From positions 2,670,001-2,702,000 of the forward strand of contig NZ_CP042905.2 in NCBI RefSeq assembly GCF_008000775.2: DNA of 32,000 bases, read 5' to 3'. Positions 26,452 to 32,000 of the stretch are shown here, piece by piece. This stretch comes from Promethearchaeum syntrophicum. Lineage in GTDB: Archaea > Asgardarchaeota > Lokiarchaeia > Sigyniarchaeales > Promethearchaeaceae. The stretch's first letter is position 1. Each line of letters starts with the position of its first letter. The notes under the pieces were generated by a model. That model was not told where the DNA came from. It saw only the letters and a list, made by a program, of their open reading frames with translations, and did no database searches. Made by a program: the position numbers and the translations under genes.

Positions 26452-26700
26452 TTATAGATTTGTTTTTTGCGATTTTTCAAATTTTTTTGGCAATTGGATA
26501 AGATATAAAAAACCTATGAACATTGAGAGGGTCGCCATAAAAGTAACGATTGATTGAATTAATAAAGGATGGGTCGATTCAAAAATATCATGTTTCAGTG
26601 GTGTCAAGTGAAACATAATAATAGCCAATATTCCAAAAATCGGGAAATATAAAATGACCGAGGTAATTTTAATTTTCATCCATTTTTCTTCAATTTTCAT
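26452..26700 (-). CDS. Small two-TM membrane protein
   Basis: I prefer the internal ATG at 26700 (MKIEEKWMKIKITSVILYFPIFGILAIIMF..., with GAGGA about 10 nt upstream). The track start at 26811 overlaps the upstream gene by 71 nt. Confidence 0.4.
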   Translation of the reverse strand: MKIEEKWMKIKITSVILYFPIFGILAIIMFHLTPLKHDIFESTHPLLIQSIVTFMATLSMFIGFLYLIQLPKKFEKSQKTNL

Positions 26701-26740
26701 TTTTTTGTATCCTCTAAGATTTTTAGTCTTTCCTTCATTT

Positions 26741-27898
26741 CTATAAAGGGTATTTTTTATATTTATCAACATAATAATCATATTCTTCCCATTTCCTAAT
26801 CCCGGCACCAATTGGTTTTGATTTATGAAAATCGGGATATCTCATTTGATTAATGTATAAGGTCGGAATTATTAGAAAAATAATATAATGAGATTGACCG
26901 TAATTTGTAGTCAAAGTAAATAGGAAAACTGCCAGAACAAAATACCATTGCATGAAATATTCGGGAAATTCGTTATATCGTTTAGTAAAAAGAAATATGA
27001 GACAAATAATTCCTAATATTATGATCATAACCATACGTGCTTGATTTCCTATCTGTATTTGACCATTACTGAAATTATATAATAATCTGGGGATAGAAAA
27101 TACCGACCAATTATCAAAATCATTTTCACATTGTGGGCATTTATTATATGGCATTTCTGAAGTGTAAAGAAACAGACTCTCAATCGTTCCGCTTGGATAT
27201 TGCCATAATATGAAAATTAATAGAATTATCAAAGCGGGGATCCATCCAATAAGAAATTTAGAAAATTTTTTCCATCCTTGCTTAAAGAAATATATAACAT
27301 ATACCGGAACAAATAAAAAAACTAGTTGATAACTTAAAGCAGCCATTGATATAAGTAAACCAGAAAGTAATGGATGTTTTCTTTCACCAAAAGCCAGAAT
27401 TGCTAGAAATATTGGAGCATAAATAAAAACAGTAACACAAGTAGTTGCGACAGGTAATAACCAAAAGAAAATACCCCCATAATATAATAATTTGTTTTCG
27501 CGTGGATCTTTATCAACTTTCAATGTTTTAGCTCTTTTTTGTAAATTTAAATCTCGTGAAGCAATTCTTGATACATATTCTGCGATGAGAAAACAATAGA
27601 TGTTGATCATTATATACATGCCAATCCAGAGATTATGATACCAAAAAGGAAGGAGCATTGCAGGAATTAAGAGAAAAAATGTCACCGGCCCGTAATTAAA
27701 GGGTTGACTAAACCAATCACTTCCCCATTCTAATAAATACGTCGTGGAATATGGATTTCGCCCATTAAAAAGTTCCAAAAAGGCTTTAAAGATTATTTCT
27801 GAAGCGTCATTGTATTTATCATATTGATTAATAATAATAAATAGCAATAACATGAATAAACGGGAACTTAATCCGAGGAAAAAATAATCTTTTCTCAT
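26741..27898 (-). CDS. Polytopic membrane protein, GT-C-type glycosyltransferase-like (DUF2029/GT87-like)
   Basis: 385 aa with 10 or more TM helices. The first loop, YNDASEIIFKAFLELFNGRNPY, resembles the D...y......l..G.nPY loop of DUF2029-type GT-C enzymes. The family call is tentative. Confidence 0.6.
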   Translation of the reverse strand: MRKDYFFLGLSSRLFMLLLFIIINQYDKYNDASEIIFKAFLELFNGRNPYSTTYLLEWGSDWFSQPFNYGPVTFFLLIPAMLLPFWYHNLWIGMYIMINIYCFLIAEYVSRIASRDLNLQKRAKTLKVDKDPRENKLLYYGGIFFWLLPVATTCVTVFIYAPIFLAILAFGERKHPLLSGLLISMAALSYQLVFLFVPVYVIYFFKQGWKKFSKFLIGWIPALIILLIFILWQYPSGTIESLFLYTSEMPYNKCPQCENDFDNWSVFSIPRLLYNFSNGQIQIGNQARMVMIIILGIICLIFLFTKRYNEFPEYFMQWYFVLAVFLFTLTTNYGQSHYIIFLIIPTLYINQMRYPDFHKSKPIGAGIRKWEEYDYYVDKYKKYPL

Positions 27899-28028
27899 TT
27901 ATTAGTTCAATTTTATGATTTATTGTTTTTTATTTTTGTTTTTTTTTCCATTAGGAAAAGTTTTTTGCTTATACTAACATAGATTCTTTAAGATAATCAA
28001 GAAAAATCAATAGATAGGGAATTTATAG

Positions 28029-28655
28029 TTGGAAAATCATAAAGAATCTGCTTCATCTGAAGAAATAGAAAAAAATGGTGAAGATGAATTTTTAAAATAC
28101 GAAATTGTTGATGGAATATTTAAAAATAATAAGATAGAAATAAAATTTTCACCTAGTGTGCAAGCTCTTTATGAGAAAAATTATTTTGGAACATTATTAC
28201 CAGATGGCTCCTTAGAGTTAGATGTTTTAGAAGCGCTTTTACTTATTGAAAGAAGCAGATTAAAAATTTATAGTGATACAAAAGAAGAAATGACCGCTGA
28301 GCAAATTCTTTCAATCGTAGTTGAAGAAGATGCTAGAATTTGGGTAAAATATTTAGTATATCGAGATTTACGACAACGCGGTTACATGGTACGTTTAGGG
28401 TATGGAGAAGGTTTAGATTTTCGAGTATATCCTCGTGGCTCAACAAGATCAGAGACAATAGCAAACTATTTTATATACATTCTGGATGAAGGAAATTCTA
28501 TTCAACTACAAAATTTAGATCAAATAACTCAGCAAACTCTTAACGCTCGAAAGAAATTGATTATTGTGACTCTCGACAGGTTAGGAGATCCTACATATTA
28601 TCATCTTGAACAAACAAAACTTCCCGAAAATTCCAAAAAGGAAGATTTTTGGTAA
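28029..28655 (+). CDS. endA: tRNA-splicing endonuclease EndA homolog
   Basis: KYLVYRDLRQRGYMVRLGYGEGLDFRVYPRG...ARKKLIIVTLDRLGDPTYY aligns without gaps to my recollection of M. jannaschii EndA (KYLVYKDLRTRGYIVKTGLKYGADFRLYERG...VRKKLLIAIVDADGDIVYY). The N-terminal domain has LELDVLEALLLIE. The only in-frame start near the N-terminus is TTG at 28029. Confidence 0.85.
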   Translation: MENHKESASSEEIEKNGEDEFLKYEIVDGIFKNNKIEIKFSPSVQALYEKNYFGTLLPDGSLELDVLEALLLIERSRLKIYSDTKEEMTAEQILSIVVEEDARIWVKYLVYRDLRQRGYMVRLGYGEGLDFRVYPRGSTRSETIANYFIYILDEGNSIQLQNLDQITQQTLNARKKLIIVTLDRLGDPTYYHLEQTKLPENSKKEDFW

Positions 28656-28704
28656 TTTTCTTATATTAGAGTAAATAAAAACTTAAAATAAAGAGTGAAA
28701 AATA

Positions 28705-30423
28705 ATGCCATACACATTTCTACCTGATACAAGTGTTGTATTCAACCGTAAAATTATCGATTTTATAGTTAATGGAAATTTGGACGAATATAAACCAGTC
28801 CAAAAAAATAGAATTACAAAAACTGATACATTAACAATTATTCTCTCCCGAGTTATGCTATCGGAGATAGAAAATCAAGCAAATCAAATGAAATCCCAAG
28901 ATAATGTGGGATTAGATGTCATTCACGAATTACATAAATTAGAAATGGAAAATAGAATTGATATTAAAATTGTTGGAGAACGTCCTAAACTTGATGAAAT
29001 TCGGTTAAATCCTGGTGGGGAGTTAGATGCACTTATTAGAAAAGATGCTTATGATTCCAAATCAATTTTAATAACAGCCGATGAAGTGCAATCATCCATT
29101 GCTTTGGTTGAGGGAATTGATGTGTTATTTACAGTAAATATCCCTGAAAGAAAAGACGAATCCCACGAACTCGCTTTATTAGACATTCGAGATTATTTTG
29201 ATGACACTACCATGAGTGTTCATTTGAGAGGTCATTGTCTTCCTTTAGCAAAAAAAGGAACACCTGGAAATTGGAGTTTGGAAAAAATTAATGATATTGA
29301 AATGGCACCTTCACAGATTAATGAAATTGCAAACAAAATCATCCGCCAAGCGAAGAATGATGAAAAATCTTTCATTGAACGAAATGAATCTGGAGTAACA
29401 GTTATTCAACTGCAAAAATTTAGAATTGTTATATGTCGCCCTCCATTTTCAAACACACATGAAATAACTGCAGTAAAACCTCTCGTTTCATTAACATTGG
29501 AAGATTATAAATTATCTCAGAAAGTTTATGAGAGGTTAGATATCGCTGAAGGAATCCTAGTTGCTGGGAAACCAGGAGCAGGAAAATCGACCTTTATCGG
29601 AGCCTTAGCCTTATTCTATCTTGAAAAGAAAAAATTAGTTAAAACCCTTGAAAGTGTAAGAGATTTAAACGTACCCAAAGAAGTTTCTCAGTATGCTCCT
29701 TTGGCAGGTAGTTTAGAAGGAACAGCGGATATTTTATTATTAGTCCGTCCGGATTATACTATTTTTGATGAAGTAAGAACAGCTTCAGACTTTAAAATTT
29801 TTGGAGACATGAGACTTGCTGGAGTAGGTTTAGTTGGTGTAGTACATGCTTCAAAAGCTGTTGATGCGGTTCAAAGATTTATCAGAAGAGTGGAATTAGG
29901 GGTCATTCCTAATGTAATTGATACAATAATTTTTATAGATCAAGGGCAAGTTGCAGAAGTTTTAAGTTTAGAAATGACTGTTAAGAAACCCACTGGTTTT
30001 GCTGATCGAGATTTATCTCGTCCAGTTATTGAAATCCGTGATTTTCAATATAACGATTTGCTATATGAAATTTATGCATTCGGTTCAGATGTAATTGTTG
30101 CTCCTGTCGGAAAAAGGAAATATCGGAATAAAACCCCAAAAAAGAAGAAGCGATCCAATTTTTCATCAAATTTTAATGCATTAGATTTAGAATCTGATGA
30201 TTTAATTCAAACTTCAGTATTCCGTAAAAATAAAGGATATACGATTGTGACTGATATCTCTTATAAAAACCAATATCTTAATTTCTATGTAAAAAATACT
30301 CACCTATTTTCAGCGACGATGAATAATCATGGTGAGATTTATATAAAAAATAATAGCCCAATCTATTCCCGGATAAAAAATGCATTACAAAAGGGAAAAA
30401 AAATCCAAGCATCTCAAGACTAA
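28705..30423 (+). CDS. PIN-domain + PilT-like P-loop ATPase (archaeal COG1855-type)
   Basis: The N-terminal PIN-like fold has acidic residues at FLPDTSV, LSEIENQ and ITADEVQ. The ATPase core has Walker A VAGKPGAGKSTF and Walker B DYTIFDEVR. The C-terminal tail of about 110 aa is Lys/Asn-rich. Confidence 0.8.
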   Translation: MPYTFLPDTSVVFNRKIIDFIVNGNLDEYKPVQKNRITKTDTLTIILSRVMLSEIENQANQMKSQDNVGLDVIHELHKLEMENRIDIKIVGERPKLDEIRLNPGGELDALIRKDAYDSKSILITADEVQSSIALVEGIDVLFTVNIPERKDESHELALLDIRDYFDDTTMSVHLRGHCLPLAKKGTPGNWSLEKINDIEMAPSQINEIANKIIRQAKNDEKSFIERNESGVTVIQLQKFRIVICRPPFSNTHEITAVKPLVSLTLEDYKLSQKVYERLDIAEGILVAGKPGAGKSTFIGALALFYLEKKKLVKTLESVRDLNVPKEVSQYAPLAGSLEGTADILLLVRPDYTIFDEVRTASDFKIFGDMRLAGVGLVGVVHASKAVDAVQRFIRRVELGVIPNVIDTIIFIDQGQVAEVLSLEMTVKKPTGFADRDLSRPVIEIRDFQYNDLLYEIYAFGSDVIVAPVGKRKYRNKTPKKKKRSNFSSNFNALDLESDDLIQTSVFRKNKGYTIVTDISYKNQYLNFYVKNTHLFSATMNNHGEIYIKNNSPIYSRIKNALQKGKKIQASQD

Positions 30424-30456
30424 TGATAATCTTTTCTATTTTAATGAATTAATTAC

Positions 30457-31242
30457 CTACAGTTTCTGCTTTTTTTCTTTGATTGCTGAAATAAATCCCG
30501 ATATTATGAGAAGGATTACAATTGTTAATAATAAGGTCAGGATGATAAAAACAAACACAGCAGCTTGATTTTCAAAGAATATTATCAATACATATGCAGT
30601 GAGAGCAGTAACCAGTACTATAACCATTAGAATCTTGAGCCAACCTTTTTTATGTCTAACCTTCTTGCTAAATGAAATTTTATCAGTAACATTAAACCAA
30701 GCCAAAAGTATTAGTATAAAGGGGATAGAGTAATGAATAATTTGGTTAAATAAATGTGTAGACCCATAAGCAATGTAGAAATAATAATCAATCAAAGTAA
30801 TTAAAGACAAAAATCCTGCAGTAGTTGGTGTAGGCACCCCCACATAACCTTCTAATTCAGTGCAATTAAAATGAGCTAATCGAATAATTGCACCTAAAAT
30901 AAAAATAAATGTAGGAATAAACATTACCCATATAGAAAAACCCTTTATTCCCATAGAAGTAGTAGTTTGGGTATAAATATAAAAAGTAATGATTGCGGGT
31001 GCAAACCCAAAAGCAAAAAAATCACTTAAGGAATCTAATTCTTTTCCAAATTCATTGGCTTGATTTAATTTCCGAGCAAGATACCCATCTAATGTATCTG
31101 TAATGATTGCGATAAATATCATAGCCATAGCTAACCGATATGCATGATATTCTGATATGGTAAGAATAATTGCAAAAAACCCACATGCACTTCCGATTAA
31201 GGTTGCGATATCTTTAATTTTTATTATAGAAAGCATACCCAT
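30457..31242 (-). CDS. pssA: CDP-alcohol phosphatidyltransferase, phosphatidyl-/archaetidylserine synthase-like
   Basis: The signature D-x2-DG-x2-AR-x8-G-x3-D-x3-D is present as DTLDGYLARKLNQANEFGKELDSLSD. The following FFAFGFAPA is typical of PssA-type members. It has 7-8 TM helices. Confidence 0.8.
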   Translation of the reverse strand: MGMLSIIKIKDIATLIGSACGFFAIILTISEYHAYRLAMAMIFIAIITDTLDGYLARKLNQANEFGKELDSLSDFFAFGFAPAIITFYIYTQTTTSMGIKGFSIWVMFIPTFIFILGAIIRLAHFNCTELEGYVGVPTPTTAGFLSLITLIDYYFYIAYGSTHLFNQIIHYSIPFILILLAWFNVTDKISFSKKVRHKKGWLKILMVIVLVTALTAYVLIIFFENQAAVFVFIILTLLLTIVILLIISGFISAIKEKKQKL

Positions 31243-31259
31243 AATTATGAATAATAAAT

Positions 31260-31311
31260 ATGAATAATAAAGGTATAGAATAATAATGAATAATAAAGGT
31301 ATAGAATATCA
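31260..31311 (+). repeat. Tandem 26-nt duplication of the transporter start region
   Basis: atgaataataaaggtatagaata occurs at 31260-31282 and again at 31286-31308, identical over 23 nt. A 12-nt partial copy, atgaataataaa, lies at 31247-31258. Confidence 0.85.
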
Positions 31312-32000
31312 AAAAGCCACGACAAAAAAGATGTTACTTTATGCATCCCCTAGATTAGGAATACAATTTTTTATAAGTATAATTGATTTTGCCCTACTAT
31401 TCTTGTATAAAGATGTTTATAGCTTAAACGGGTTGTTTGTCGGAATAGCCCTTGCACTTGGTAAACTATCTGTCGGATTCAGCCAATTTATTATAGGATG
31501 GGCGAGTGATCATACAAAAACCAGATGGGGAAGGAGAAAACCTTATATTATTATAATGACCCCGATATTATGTATTACTTTTATTATGTTATTGCTCCCA
31601 GGACTTTTTTTAGGTGCGAATCCGCCTGAGAATTCCCTTTTTATTTGGTTAGTCATATTTAACTGCTTATCCCAAGCAGCTTATTCTGTTACTACGCCCT
31701 ATCATGCATGGAATGCTGAACTTTTCCCAGTAGATCAACGCCCGAAAGTTTCCTCGTTTCAAAATATGTTCAATATAATTGGGGCTGTGATTATTACTTT
31801 GTTCACACTGGTAATTTTGACAGACGTAAAAGATAAAATAGAAGCAGATCCTACAGTAATCCCAACAAACTTTCTTGTATCAATACTTTTTTTTGCTTTT
31901 GTACTTATTACAATGAGCTTTTTTAGCACCATTGCACTACCGGTAGAAAATACTCCAGAATATGGTTCTAAAATGAAAGATGATTTGAAGATTATATTGA
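31286..32000 (+). CDS. GPH-family (glycoside-pentoside-hexuronide:cation symporter, MelB-like) transporter, 5' part; runs off the right edge
   Basis: Absent from the ORF track because it has no stop. My translation stays open to 32000: MNNKGIEYQKATTKKMLLYASPRLGIQFFISIIDFALLFLYKDVY...GKLSVGFSQFIIGWASDHTKTRWGRRKPYIIIMTP...PYHAWNAELFPVDQRPKVSSFQN. The block D.t.tr.GrrkP.i and the following loop are GPH hallmarks. An alternative start is ATG at 31331. Confidence 0.75.
   Translation, partial: MNNKGIEYQKATTKKMLLYASPRLGIQFFISIIDFALLFLYKDVYSLNGLFVGIALALGKLSVGFSQFIIGWASDHTKTRWGRRKPYIIIMTPILCITFIMLLLPGLFLGANPPENSLFIWLVIFNCLSQAAYSVTTPYHAWNAELFPVDQRPKVSSFQNMFNIIGAVIITLFTLVILTDVKDKIEADPTVIPTNFLVSILFFAFVLITMSFFSTIALPVENTPEYGSKMKDDLKIIL

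Noticed and set aside
1026-30568. Short ORFs in the track that lie antisense to, or overlap out of frame with, longer genes: 1026..1259, 1632..1823, 3790..4011, 4212..4445, 4617..4802, 9055..9240, 9528..9728, 10803..11102, 11235..11507, 12943..13125, 13962..14153, 16032..16229, 16061..16261, 16273..16512, 16313..16498, 18149..18358, 19141..19401, 20858..21061, 21714..21935, 21814..22032, 23233..23475, 24019..24273, 24370..24555, 25634..25960, 25863..26066 and 30380..30568.
   Set aside because: Each is a shadow of a longer ORF with clear family motifs, or runs through homopolymer/low-complexity sequence (for example FFFFFFFYFF in 4212..4445). Their translations are Leu/Ile/Phe/Ser-rich with no motifs. 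Stop-poor antisense frames are expected in AT-rich DNA.
1-32000. Search by eye for rRNA, tRNA, CRISPR arrays, transposases, integrases and long terminal inverted repeats.
   Set aside because: I found no T-arm GTTCRAATC-type sequence, no GC-rich block of about 75 nt with cloverleaf symmetry, and no regularly spaced 25-40 nt direct repeats. I also found no DDE, tyrosine-recombinase or serine-recombinase-like ORF. Absence by eye is not proof; tRNAscan and cmscan would settle it.

Overview
Gene-dense, very AT-rich segment (about 30% G+C by eye, not computed). All calls rest on motif recognition from memory; no BLAST, HMM or folding was run. Gene content points to an archaeon: tRNA-splicing endonuclease EndA, a COG1855-type PIN/PilT-like ATPase, DUF123, a Bat-type HTH_10 regulator, TATA-box-like promoters and oligo-T tracts after genes. 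It also carries many bacterial-looking metabolic genes: class II FBP aldolase, PepD, a GlpD/GlpA-family dehydrogenase, and MFS and GPH transporters. An Asgard/Loki-like lineage is only a guess. I support about 36 protein-coding genes, two of them cut by the window edges and absent from the ORF track. I see no rRNA, tRNA, CRISPR array, transposase or integrase. Most worth a second look: (1) Tandem paralogous micro-ORFs at 5367-5754 share an invariant KSATGYYLN[FY] C-terminus. They lie in a 736-nt gap beside a wHTH regulator and a TATA-proximal dyad. (2) A GC-richer element of about 130 nt at 6509-6639 is closed by a 14-16 bp stem and is a candidate structured ncRNA. (3) A three-gene family at 7675-10638 consists of two tandem duplicated surface proteins with sorting-signal-like tails, plus a third copy whose ectodomain is fused through one TM helix to two cytoplasmic winged-helix domains. 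The upstream leaders of the duplicates are better conserved than their coding sequences. (4) A tight operon at 21272-25780 encodes an alkyl-DHAP-synthase-like flavoenzyme with an SHHHGMG motif, a GlpC/GlcF-like Fe-S/CCG protein and a glycerol-3-phosphate dehydrogenase. This bears on ether-lipid and G3P/DHAP chemistry in an archaeon. (5) The EndA homolog appears to have Ile in place of the catalytic His.
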